From: Parvicellaceae bacterium | GTDB taxonomy: Bacteria > Bacteroidota > Bacteroidia > Flavobacteriales_D > Parvicellaceae | NCBI GenBank assembly: GCA_047639575.1 | Contig: JBLIOB010000001.1 | Location: 178 to 64,177, forward strand | Length of the DNA: 64,000 bases | Direction of reading: 5' to 3' | Shown here: positions 37,435 through 47,202 of the stretch, piece after piece | Layout: every line of letters starts with the position of its first letter | How positions within the stretch are numbered: the first letter of the stretch is position 1 | Translations under genes and position numbers: made by a program | Notes under the pieces: generated by a model | What the model saw: the letters and a program-made list of their open reading frames with translations, nothing else | Database searches by the model: none | What the model was told of the DNA's origin: nothing

Positions 37435-37472
37435 GGGGGATTAGGGGATCGGTCATCCCCCCTTACTTTATT
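37435..37472 (+). terminator. Hairpin/terminator-like element upstream of the excisionase gene
   Basis: GGGGGAT-TAGGGGATCGGTC-ATCCCCC (alternative inner stem GGGGAT/ATCCCC), followed by the T-rich CTTACTTTATT. Contains GATTAGGGGATC, which resembles the att-arm 12-mer junction GATTAGGGATC. Confidence 0.35.
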
Positions 37473-37505
37473 GATGACCATTGTATCGAATTAAAACTCA
37501 ATACA

Positions 37506-37814
37506 ATGAAAAAAGAAAACAATAAAGAACAAGACGAAAGGCTCCTCTTCAACTTAACCGTAACAGAATTACGTGCTTTAGTAAAAGAGCTATTATTAGA
37601 AACTTCGAACGAAAAACCTTCTGAACCAAACGGACCTGACGAATTAATTCCTCGCAAGGATTTAGCGCGAGAATTCAAAGTATCCTTAGTAACTATAGAC
37701 AGATGGACTAAACTTAATCTTCTTCCTAAAGCAATTAAACAAGGCGGTCGTATTTACTTTTCCAGAGCTGACATAAATAAGATGATTTCAGAGAAAGGAG
37801 AACGAAATGCTTAA
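37506..37814 (+). CDS. Helix-turn-helix excisionase/AlpA-like DNA-binding protein
   Basis: 102 aa. LIPRKDLAREFKVSLVTIDRWTKLNLLPKAIKQGGRIYFSRADINKMI matches the HTH_17/MerR-type excisionase pattern common in Bacteroidota integrative elements. Confidence 0.7.
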   Translation: MKKENNKEQDERLLFNLTVTELRALVKELLLETSNEKPSEPNGPDELIPRKDLAREFKVSLVTIDRWTKLNLLPKAIKQGGRIYFSRADINKMISEKGERNA

Positions 37815-38127
37815 GCTAGACCCTAAAATTACCCTGCAAGGAATTATTGATGGATTAACAACCAAACTGAATTCCTACTTAAGCGCAGAGCGCCCTTCAT
37901 ACAAAACAACAAAGGCTATGAAGAACTTAATCAATGACCTCTATCTCGTTTTTGACAATATGGACTTGCTACTTCTCTTCAGTATTTGGACAATTGTAGA
38001 GAAAAGAATCTTTGAAATCGAAGATTTAGATCCTGAAGTTTCCGTTTTCGTTATTGAACTGAGACGATCAAATAAAAATGACAATAAGGCAATTATTAAT
38101 CTAAATAATCAATCAGATGAAAAATGA
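37807..38127 (+). CDS. Hypothetical protein
   Basis: 106 aa. Overlaps the upstream gene by 8 nt and the downstream gene by 11 nt, so probably translationally coupled. Confidence 0.45.
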   Translation: MLKLDPKITLQGIIDGLTTKLNSYLSAERPSYKTTKAMKNLINDLYLVFDNMDLLLLFSIWTIVEKRIFEIEDLDPEVSVFVIELRRSNKNDNKAIINLNNQSDEK

Positions 38128-39361
38128 ATTCCCAAAAGGAGTCTTTCCAGCTGAAGTTGAGGAGATGATTGACGAATGCGTTAAGGTTAATGGATTTAAC
38201 AGAGACATTCTATGCTGTGCCTTTCTCACAACCGTATCGAGCATTGTAGGCAATAAATTAAAAGTTAAGATTCAGGACTCGTGGCACGAGAGTATCTGCA
38301 TTTGGGTAGCTATAGTTGGGTTCTCAGGTTTAAAGAAGTCACCTGCTATTAAAACCATGATGAAACCAATATTAGACAAAGAAGCAAAATGGTATTTGGA
38401 ATACATGGAAGTGCAAAAAGAACAATCTGATGATTCGGATAAGCCAAAATGTAAACAAATCTACGTGGATGATGCGACTTTCGAAGCACTGGTTACTGTA
38501 CTATCTAACAATCCAAATGGAGTGGTGTTGAAGAAAGATGAACTAATGACATTAATTAAAGACTCAGGGCGGTATAGTGGTGCAAGTCAACTTGAGAAAC
38601 TTATGTCAATTTTTAGCGGTGAGGATATTAGAATCAATCGTAAAGGCGATGATTACAATGAACTCATCGTTAGCCCTTTTGTAAATATTATTGGAGGCAT
38701 ACAAAACAAAGTAGTGGATGAACTTTTCAAGGCGGGCAGACAAGACAATGGATTTGTTTATCGGTTTTTATTCTGCAAACCAGAATCACCCGAACGAAAT
38801 ATGCCCGAAGGGGAATGCAACGAAGTTATAAGATCTAAATATTACAATCTTGTTAATCGAGTTTTCGAACTTCCTGAATCGCAGACTTCAAAAAATCAAA
38901 GCCGAAATATTCACCTTTCTCCCGATGCTTCAATAGAATTTAAAAGTTGGCAAACAAACTTCATTTATAAAGATGCAGAACATGATGAAGACTTAATTAG
39001 CTATAAATCAAAGATGGAAGCGAATGCCTGCAGGATTGCGCTTATTCTGGAAACCGCCACATCAGCAGCTAAAAAATCTGCACCGGTCGAAATCTCAAAA
39101 AATTCAATGGAGAATGCCATTAGAATTAGCATGTATTTTATCCGTTGCTATTTGAGCATAACTAAACCAGGTCCATCTGAAAACGTAATTATTAAAGTAA
39201 GAATCAGCGCGCTTAGACAACGGGCAATTGTTTTGTTTAAAGGAGGGCTCAACCTTAAAGAAATTATAGTTAAAACTTATAATGAAGGTTATAGAAATTC
39301 CGAAATAAATCAGGCTTTAGGTGTGCCCAAGGCCACTATTAGCTTATATACCAAGACTTAA
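38117..39361 (+). CDS. DUF3987-family protein (primase/helicase-associated, YfjI-like)
   Basis: 414 aa. VDDATFEALVTVLSNNPNGVVLKKDELMTLI and FVNIIGGIQ patterns are typical of DUF3987 proteins of integrative elements. C-terminal HTH-like tail. Confidence 0.6.
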   Translation: MKNEFPKGVFPAEVEEMIDECVKVNGFNRDILCCAFLTTVSSIVGNKLKVKIQDSWHESICIWVAIVGFSGLKKSPAIKTMMKPILDKEAKWYLEYMEVQKEQSDDSDKPKCKQIYVDDATFEALVTVLSNNPNGVVLKKDELMTLIKDSGRYSGASQLEKLMSIFSGEDIRINRKGDDYNELIVSPFVNIIGGIQNKVVDELFKAGRQDNGFVYRFLFCKPESPERNMPEGECNEVIRSKYYNLVNRVFELPESQTSKNQSRNIHLSPDASIEFKSWQTNFIYKDAEHDEDLISYKSKMEANACRIALILETATSAAKKSAPVEISKNSMENAIRISMYFIRCYLSITKPGPSENVIIKVRISALRQRAIVLFKGGLNLKEIIVKTYNEGYRNSEINQALGVPKATISLYTKT

Positions 39362-39565
39362 CCCCATGAACAGTGTTTATGCACCAACACCTTTGTTTAC
39401 AGATAGTTAAACATTAAACAATGAACACCAGTCCAAATTAATTTGAATTACGCTATTTCCATTTAAACTATAAGTAAAGCAGCTTAAGTATAAGTTAAAC
39501 ATCGGTTAAGCGGGGTTATGTTTAACCGCTTAAGCTATAGCTTACTTTAGTTTTAAATCCAATTT

Positions 39566-39916
39566 ATGAAACGTAAAGACCCCTACTCTGGTGAAGAATT
39601 TTACCCACACAGGAACAACCAGAAATTCGCTAGTAAAGAAAATCAGATCAAGTTCAATAATGCAAAGGCTCAACAAAAAAGAGATGCAACTGCCACAGTA
39701 AACAAATGGCTTAACTCAAACCGAAACATCCTTAAAAAACTATTAGGTAAGAAGAACTCCGTTTCAAAAAGCCAAGACTATTTGCTTGGCGCTGGATTCC
39801 ATTTTCACTACTTCAGTAATAGTGCTGTAATTGATGGAACACCTTGTCAGATCATTTATGAATATTACATCGTAAACAATGGTGATAAGACCTTCACTAT
39901 TAAAAAACTAAAATAA
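39566..39916 (+). CDS. Hypothetical protein
   Basis: 116 aa basic protein. Its stop overlaps the next start (TAATG). Confidence 0.45.
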   Translation: MKRKDPYSGEEFYPHRNNQKFASKENQIKFNNAKAQQKRDATATVNKWLNSNRNILKKLLGKKNSVSKSQDYLLGAGFHFHYFSNSAVIDGTPCQIIYEYYIVNNGDKTFTIKKLK

Positions 39917-40113
39917 TGGATTACTTATCAATTGGAGATCCTTCTATTCCAAGTTTTAGCTTACCAGTAAAGGCTCAAGTTCCTGCGTCAAATAATAATG
40001 CTATTTGGTGGGTAATTGGAGGGGCGGTTGTAATTGGAGTTATTGGTTATTTAGCTTACCATTATGCCTATAAAATCAAAACTAGAACCAATACAACTGA
40101 AAGCGATATTTAG
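39916..40113 (+). CDS. Small membrane protein
   Basis: 65 aa with one clear TM helix (AIWWVIGGAVVIGVIGYLAYHYA). Confidence 0.4.
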   Translation: MDYLSIGDPSIPSFSLPVKAQVPASNNNAIWWVIGGAVVIGVIGYLAYHYAYKIKTRTNTTESDI

Positions 40114-41540
40114 GGTTCCAGCATCAATTTTACAGTCCTAGCTTTATGCCCACCAATAACAAAAGAACATAGATATATTCCTGGCGAGAACCCATTTAAA
40201 TCGAGTTCGATTTGACCTTCACGAAATAGAACTAGCCTTTCTAAGATTACTTTACCCATTAGGTCTGATATAATCACCTTTTCAATCTCTATCTCAGATT
40301 CAAATTGAATTGTAGTCGAACTGGAAAATGGATTGGGAAAAGCACTTATAGAAATATTAGCAATTTCTTCCTTTATTCCAATCCCATTACACCCCAAATC
40401 AATACATCCATAATAATCCGTTCTAAATAACCACAAATCTTGAGAAAATCCAGCATCGGCAAACACTACTCCCAAAAAGAGTAAGCTGCTATCCCCCAGC
40501 TCTTCTACATCATAGATATAATGATCATTTAAGCGCTTATCAGGCCTTCGTTGCCATATTTCGTTACAGTTACTATCAACTTTAACTATCCAACCCTGAG
40601 GGTCACTTAATGAAGGCGGATGCACCGTACCTGCAGCAATGAAAGAACCATCATCCAGTTCATGCCCCGCATACAAGTTCGCTCGGTATATATCTGTTTG
40701 ATCAAAAATAATTTGATTCTGGATAATTCCGTTCGTATTTAACTTCGTTATCTGGCCAGTGTATTCGCTAGCGGTGGACCACAGACCGTAGCACCAATAT
40801 CCAGTCTTTCCTGCCTCTACAAAAGCAATTTCACCTCCAAAACTAGTTCCGTAATCCCTTTCCCATTCAAACGCTCCAGATTCATCGACCTTTACTAAGT
40901 GCCAATTACCATTTGGCTCTATACTGTAGTTATATCCGGACATTAGATATCCTGAATCAACTCCAGGAACTATGCTAAATGCAATATCCGCACCCGCACC
41001 ACCGTACGTGCTACTGTCAAGTATATTACCAAGCGTATCTGTTTTTAGAAACAAAAAATCATTTCCGTTAGAAGGCGAATATTGATATCCACAAAACACA
41101 TAATTTGAATCATTAGCTACACAACCACCTAACAGAATCATCTGAAGAGAATTCACTGTGTAGTATCTGGACCAAACAAGTTCACCTGATTTTTTAATCT
41201 TGAAAGTAAATGCGCGTATAGTGTCTATAGCATTTACATTTCCATAACCAATGATATTATCTTCATGATCAACGTAAAATCCAAGATAGCCAACATCTAA
41301 ACTTATAGAATCGATAATGGTGAAATCAACAATTTTATTTCCGTTCGTATCAAACTTTGATAATATTAGATCCCGCTTAACAAAATCATCGGTCCATCCT
41401 ATCGTATAGAGCGTATCATCAATCATTTCCATCCCAATTCCAGCTTCAACCGCACCCCAATCATAGGTGTTATTAAAGAATTGTTGAGCATTGCTGCTAA
41501 ATCCAATTGAGATAAACGATATGATGAGTAGAACTCTCAC
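40110..41540 (-). CDS. Secreted repeat protein with T9SS C-terminal sorting domain
   Basis: 476 aa. Signal peptide, repeated propeller-like segments, and a C-terminal Por_Secre_tail pattern (FPNPFSSSTTIQFE...GIYLCSFVIGG). 4-nt overlap with the upstream giant gene. Confidence 0.65.
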   Translation of the reverse strand: MRVLLIISFISIGFSSNAQQFFNNTYDWGAVEAGIGMEMIDDTLYTIGWTDDFVKRDLILSKFDTNGNKIVDFTIIDSISLDVGYLGFYVDHEDNIIGYGNVNAIDTIRAFTFKIKKSGELVWSRYYTVNSLQMILLGGCVANDSNYVFCGYQYSPSNGNDFLFLKTDTLGNILDSSTYGGAGADIAFSIVPGVDSGYLMSGYNYSIEPNGNWHLVKVDESGAFEWERDYGTSFGGEIAFVEAGKTGYWCYGLWSTASEYTGQITKLNTNGIIQNQIIFDQTDIYRANLYAGHELDDGSFIAAGTVHPPSLSDPQGWIVKVDSNCNEIWQRRPDKRLNDHYIYDVEELGDSSLLFLGVVFADAGFSQDLWLFRTDYYGCIDLGCNGIGIKEEIANISISAFPNPFSSSTTIQFESEIEIEKVIISDLMGKVILERLVLFREGQIELDLNGFSPGIYLCSFVIGGHKARTVKLMLEP

Positions 41541-44500
41541 TTTCTAATAATAATTTTATCAAATTTAATTATAATGCCTCCTTCAATAACTTGAATAACA
41601 TACATCCCTTCTGGTTGGTCTTGAAGATCAACTGTTTTAGTTGTTCCGACAAAATTCAAATCCTGTACAAGTCTCCCATCCATCGTATATATACGCACTT
41701 TACCAGCTTCGAGTTCAACTTCCGATAATATATTAAGCATTCCCGATGTAGGGTTTGGATTAATATCCACTTCTTTTTCGATGATTTCATTTCCTGGATT
41801 CTCTTTATCTGACTTTATACTGCTCAGCGACTTACCTGCACCTAGAATATCTTCACCTCCAATGTATGGGAAACTATTTTTCACAAAATTCAAAATGGCT
41901 TCGGCATTTGCACGCACACCAACATCCCCTTTGTTAGCAATCACATCTAGTTCATTCATCTCAGATGAAGTAAGACTATAATAGCCGCCTGGTCGCTGTT
42001 TTACATGGGTCAGCAGTTCATGAAAATCACAAAAACTAATAACATTATCCCCTTTCTTATCTCCTGGAAGTTCATACTTTTTCATGTCTTCTCCTGCCAG
42101 GCGGATACTAGTCAAATGCTGACTTGCTTTAACCGGATCTCTTTTAATTTCAATTGGCACAAGAGCGCATGATGCTTCACTAGAACCGTCAAGCTCAAGA
42201 TAATAAACAGCAGTATCAATCCAAGTACTATCGATCCATGCACTGTCCAAAAATCGTCTGGTTAATCGCGCTAACTCAATGTTTTTGTTCAAATTAACCA
42301 TTGCAATTTCCTTTTCGATTTGGTCCAACGGTCTTATACCAGTTTGAACATTCTGAATTTGATTTAAGATTCCATTTGGTATGTTATCTGATTCCAGCCA
42401 AAAAAGAACTTTTTCACTAAGTGGACTATTTGCAAGAAGCACTTGTTTTAAATTTCCATTTGGCGGGTTAGACCATAAATATTCAATCAATACTTTATCA
42501 CTTAAAAAAGGCGATAGTGAAAGCAATTCATTTTTAACCTGGCCATCTGGTCCATTTGCAATTACGTCTAGCAAGGCATCAGCATCACCAGCATCAATTT
42601 GTTCCTCAAACAATATTTTTTGTTCCAGCAATGCAAAATATTTTCCTTTCCCAGTCCCTATAGGAGTGTTAACTAAACTGGTTACGCACTGTTCCACAGG
42701 TTCTGGCACACCTATGCAAATTTCTGCAGTACTTAGGTCAAAAGCGCAAGACGTTGGAACGTATCCTTCTCCTATGTACGAATCATATTCAAATAAATTA
42801 GTACCAGGGTTTCTATAATGCTGGTACTTGCTATTTAAAATGTCGCATGTTCCAGTCCAGTTATTTGCCATTTTAGAAAATTGCAATGGGCTTCCACAAT
42901 CTCCCTGATTTGCCATTAATCCAGTACTATGATGGTGCCCCACAATTGAATTACTTCCTATATCAAACCCATTACAATCATATTCTAATGCTAAATTATT
43001 TTGACTTGTTTGCAGGCCTATTGATATATCTGCAAAATCATTTAGGAAAATTTCACTTGCCAAGATATCACCGTTCTTTTTAAAAATTCCAGTACTTAAA
43101 TATGATTCTGTAGAAGAATAAGAGGTGAAATCATTATCTTCTATTTTAGAACCACTTACACCGTCACTGTAGATGCCAAAGTCCCAATATCGAGTTCCAG
43201 AAGTACCAACAGCGCCATCAGCGTTTGAAATTTGAAATTTATTTCGAGTTACATCCGATTTCGTATTTGTTCCAGCCATCCGAATTCCATATACACAATT
43301 TGAAAAATTGTTTTGATCTATTGTCGCTTTTCTATGTGTCGACCCTTCCAATGAAATTACTCCAGCATATAAGTTGTTAAATGAATTGGACCTTGTGAAA
43401 TCTGAACAGAATGGATCAAAAAATCCACAAACTGGACCTACTCTCATGCTAGCATCAAGCATAACTAAGCCGCTTCCTCTTTTATCAAAATCAAATTCTT
43501 CCCAGGCTAAATTGTCAAATACGTTGTTTTCAAAATCTACACCTTGAATATCATACATTGTGACATGGGCGTACGGTCCATCTTCTTTATCAGGATAATT
43601 TAAATCTGTTAAAAAGAGTGAATTTGTCACTTTAGACAAATTATTTCCTCCAACATCATAGCTCATGAATTCAATGGATCTCCAATTATTTCTAAACGTT
43701 GAATTATTCGCTGATATTACTCCTCCTGTTGTGTTCCAATCCAAATTTCCATTTGAATCCTCGCCAATTAATTGAACTGCATTTCTAGCATACTCAATTA
43801 CCGCGTTTTCAAGTAATACAATTCCACGATTTGCAGGATTCAATTGGCTGCTTGATACATCTCCCTCAATAATTATCCCATCCCAAAACACTCCGCATTG
43901 ATTCGTTATGGTTCCTCCGTTAACTGTAAACTTGCCGCCTTTTTTAACCGTAATCGATTTTCCAGCCGACATAAAAATCTTACCTTCTAAAATCACCTCA
44001 GAATTTGTAGGAACAATTAGATTATTTAAATACTTTTCTTCACCAGTAATAGTTCTTAGAGACTGACCATGACTTAAATCTTCACCCAAATTATTTACAG
44101 GAAGTTTAGATTTCCAGATACCTCGTCCATAAGTTGAAATAAATATCTCTTTGGTACAATTGTTAATCTCCAAGTCGGAAACCATTGCCACAGGCAAATT
44201 ATTATTAAAACATTCCCAGGGAGTACTTTCATCCGTAGCATCGGATTTATAATAAACACCTACATCTGTTGCGGCATAAATAGAGTTTCCGCCCCCATCA
44301 ACAAATACAAGCTTCTGTACCGGTAAGCCCGGCAAACCCAAGGATACGTCAGTCCATGATGCTCCATTGTCATCAGTGAATAAAACGCTTCTTTTTCCTG
44401 AAGGAGTGGCTGAAGTATAATTAGTTGAAATCCAAATTTTAGAGGGATCCTCGGGATGAAAAGTTACATGGGTAATTGTAGCCCACTTTAACGCATCGAA

Positions 44501-47035
44501 TAATTCAGGCGAATTAGAGCCTCTTGTCAAATCAGTCCAGTTAGATCCATTATCTAATGTTAAAAAAAGCTTACTATGGATATCAGAAGGACTTGTAACT
44601 CCTTCCGCATTCAAGTGATTTCCAGCAGCTACAATAACTATATTATCATTTTTATCATAAATATTCACGCTGCGATATTTGGTTTTGAAATCGGCAACAA
44701 ATGGATCACTTGGATTAACAATATTAAATGATCCAAAATTGTCATTCGTATTTCTTAAATATTTAAGTCCTCCATACCAAACACGGTCAGGATTCAACTT
44801 TGATCGGTCAAAATTTGACTCTAAACTTCCATCACTTAACCCTCCGGATCCTGGACCTCCACAAGAACTAATACCAGTAAGCGTTGTTAGGTTCCAACCA
44901 CCGCAGCAACCATGCTGAATTACACTTGTGGTACCCGTAAGTTCGTTAATATGAACATCTCCTCCATCGGAGCCACATCCTCGCGTCCAAGATTCACCGT
45001 CACCGCCAAGAGTTCCATTATCTTGAGTCCCTCCAATGATAACTTTTGAACTTTTATCAGTAACATCCATTCCATAGAACTGCGTATTATTTAGCCCTTT
45101 CCCATTAATATTCAAAGTTGTGGCATAACCATCTGGTGTAAATGTTATTCCACCGTCATTCCCTATCAAAACCACATCGTTTCCATTTCCCGTTGGATCC
45201 GAAGCAACAATTTGAATAGCTCTTGTATCACCATGTATCCCATGAAATCCCGCTGGACCAACTTCAGTTGAGATTCCAGAACTAAGATTGCCTTTTAACA
45301 AAACCACATTATCCATGTACCACCATTCAGGGAAATCCTTATTAATTGCAAAATCACCATGAAACAAACTTACCCCTGAACAATCATCATAAAAACTCCA
45401 AGTAATCCCATAATCTGATGATTTATATATTATTTGTTCATCGGTTGCTGCATAAATATTACCCATATTATCATGTTCAACTTCAATATTTCTATGCACT
45501 AAAAGCTCGTTTAAAATCACATCTATGTTATCCATTATCACTTTGTCCGCTCCAGCATAGGTTGCATTACTCGTAGCTTCAAACCATAAATCGGTCATTC
45601 CAAAATCACCCAAACTTGGATCAACCAAAAACGGCAAAGTTTCATTCGAGTATACCATATCTGTGGTTGCGATTGCGCCAGAATTACTTTCCCAAATTGG
45701 TAAAAACTGATCTCCTAATCCAGATACAAAATGTCTCGCAAAAACGGTCAATTTAGTATCCTTCGGCACCCTTGCATCAAATACCAAATCAAAGTTCCTT
45801 CCAAATTGCCAACCAAAAATATCCGAGGCTTTCAATCTTGCTTTTGGTTGACGTGGCTGAATTGGATCATTTATGTCCGGTAATGCAGCAGCCACAATAT
45901 TTGTTGGATCAAGAGGGTCAATTTCATATTTCCAAGTTCTAAAGCCATAATTAGGAGCACTTGATGAAGAGACAAAGGGATGGGTCAATTGATTTCCGAT
46001 TGTTCCGCCTTCCATGTCTCCAGCTATTTCCAAAACAGAGCCATTACCCATAATTACTATTTGATCTGTAAAATTGTGCCAAGTTGCACCTCGATCTGTA
46101 GAAACGAGCGCGTTTGATGAACTATTCCCGTCAGCTTTACTACCAACTACTACAATTGTGTTTCCTCCATCATCCATAACCTCAATGTCATGAAACCAGT
46201 GGTTATTTGCACCATGAATTTGCGAAGCGGGAGGTGTTACTTCGGTGTAAATATTTGAGCAGGTGTTGTACCAAAACAACCTTCTTCCAAAAGAAACAAG
46301 TGCCTCACACGGTACATTTGGGTCAAAATCTACGTTATGTGAGACTGCTCCTGCAACTTGATCAACAGGTATCGCAGAAGGAACATCAACAATATTCCAA
46401 TTTTTACCTTTGTTTGTTGAAATGAGTAATCCCATTCCGTAATTAAATTGGCCTAATCCCAGCGCAGCCAATACAACATTATCATCTCCGGGCTTAACTG
46501 CAAAATCATTAATCCCAATTCCCGGATGTCTCAGATTATCTGTAACACAATTCCAGTTGACTCCACCATCTTCAGTTCTCCAAATACCAGAAGTTGCGGC
46601 ACCTGCTAAAATCGTATTCCTGTCATTCTCGTACATATGGACAGCAATTATTCTCCCTTGACTTTGTACATCAAAGAAAAATGGACCTACGAATCCCCAA
46701 TCACTCTCTCCCCCATCGCAAACTGCGGATCCTGAGAAAGCCTTAACCGCATCAACAAATGTACCCGGCTTTCCCGTTTCCATTGCCGAGGTTCCTCTAA
46801 GACGGTCATCAAATAACCATTTAGTTCTTTCATATTCTTTCAGCTGAGACTGTGTCCAGTTTAACTTAATATTTGAAGCATCTATGGCATTCGTTACATT
46901 ATAAAAGTTATAAGAAGCATCTATTCCTTCCAAATGCGACTTTGGCGTTTGAGCGGTCGCATGACTGTATAGACACAACATTAATATCCCTATTAAGGAG
47001 CCTATTTCACAGATTTTTTTTAGCTGGAATTTCAT
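41537..47035 (-). CDS. Giant secreted BNR/Asp-box repeat + right-handed beta-helix protein with T9SS C-terminal sorting domain
   Basis: 1832 aa. Signal peptide. At least six Asp-box motifs (TEDGGVNW, STNKGKNW, STDRGATW, SSDYGITW, TLDNGSNW, TDDNGASW). The central region has parallel beta-helix-like repeats. C-terminal NPNPTSGMLNI...GMYVIQV sorting domain. Confidence 0.7.
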   Translation of the reverse strand: MKFQLKKICEIGSLIGILMLCLYSHATAQTPKSHLEGIDASYNFYNVTNAIDASNIKLNWTQSQLKEYERTKWLFDDRLRGTSAMETGKPGTFVDAVKAFSGSAVCDGGESDWGFVGPFFFDVQSQGRIIAVHMYENDRNTILAGAATSGIWRTEDGGVNWNCVTDNLRHPGIGINDFAVKPGDDNVVLAALGLGQFNYGMGLLISTNKGKNWNIVDVPSAIPVDQVAGAVSHNVDFDPNVPCEALVSFGRRLFWYNTCSNIYTEVTPPASQIHGANNHWFHDIEVMDDGGNTIVVVGSKADGNSSSNALVSTDRGATWHNFTDQIVIMGNGSVLEIAGDMEGGTIGNQLTHPFVSSSSAPNYGFRTWKYEIDPLDPTNIVAAALPDINDPIQPRQPKARLKASDIFGWQFGRNFDLVFDARVPKDTKLTVFARHFVSGLGDQFLPIWESNSGAIATTDMVYSNETLPFLVDPSLGDFGMTDLWFEATSNATYAGADKVIMDNIDVILNELLVHRNIEVEHDNMGNIYAATDEQIIYKSSDYGITWSFYDDCSGVSLFHGDFAINKDFPEWWYMDNVVLLKGNLSSGISTEVGPAGFHGIHGDTRAIQIVASDPTGNGNDVVLIGNDGGITFTPDGYATTLNINGKGLNNTQFYGMDVTDKSSKVIIGGTQDNGTLGGDGESWTRGCGSDGGDVHINELTGTTSVIQHGCCGGWNLTTLTGISSCGGPGSGGLSDGSLESNFDRSKLNPDRVWYGGLKYLRNTNDNFGSFNIVNPSDPFVADFKTKYRSVNIYDKNDNIVIVAAGNHLNAEGVTSPSDIHSKLFLTLDNGSNWTDLTRGSNSPELFDALKWATITHVTFHPEDPSKIWISTNYTSATPSGKRSVLFTDDNGASWTDVSLGLPGLPVQKLVFVDGGGNSIYAATDVGVYYKSDATDESTPWECFNNNLPVAMVSDLEINNCTKEIFISTYGRGIWKSKLPVNNLGEDLSHGQSLRTITGEEKYLNNLIVPTNSEVILEGKIFMSAGKSITVKKGGKFTVNGGTITNQCGVFWDGIIIEGDVSSSQLNPANRGIVLLENAVIEYARNAVQLIGEDSNGNLDWNTTGGVISANNSTFRNNWRSIEFMSYDVGGNNLSKVTNSLFLTDLNYPDKEDGPYAHVTMYDIQGVDFENNVFDNLAWEEFDFDKRGSGLVMLDASMRVGPVCGFFDPFCSDFTRSNSFNNLYAGVISLEGSTHRKATIDQNNFSNCVYGIRMAGTNTKSDVTRNKFQISNADGAVGTSGTRYWDFGIYSDGVSGSKIEDNDFTSYSSTESYLSTGIFKKNGDILASEIFLNDFADISIGLQTSQNNLALEYDCNGFDIGSNSIVGHHHSTGLMANQGDCGSPLQFSKMANNWTGTCDILNSKYQHYRNPGTNLFEYDSYIGEGYVPTSCAFDLSTAEICIGVPEPVEQCVTSLVNTPIGTGKGKYFALLEQKILFEEQIDAGDADALLDVIANGPDGQVKNELLSLSPFLSDKVLIEYLWSNPPNGNLKQVLLANSPLSEKVLFWLESDNIPNGILNQIQNVQTGIRPLDQIEKEIAMVNLNKNIELARLTRRFLDSAWIDSTWIDTAVYYLELDGSSEASCALVPIEIKRDPVKASQHLTSIRLAGEDMKKYELPGDKKGDNVISFCDFHELLTHVKQRPGGYYSLTSSEMNELDVIANKGDVGVRANAEAILNFVKNSFPYIGGEDILGAGKSLSSIKSDKENPGNEIIEKEVDINPNPTSGMLNILSEVELEAGKVRIYTMDGRLVQDLNFVGTTKTVDLQDQPEGMYVIQVIEGGIIIKFDKIIIRK

Positions 47036-47202
47036 AGATCATAAGTGTTAAGTAGCGTTCACATTAAACATAAACAAAAAACTTCACTTTACACCACAAC
47101 ATGTTCTATTAGTGATCTTTATGTCACACAACTTTCATATTCATTGAGTTTCTACTCCTTCTTTTAAATGTTTCTACAAAACATATGGTAAAATAGATTG
47201 AG

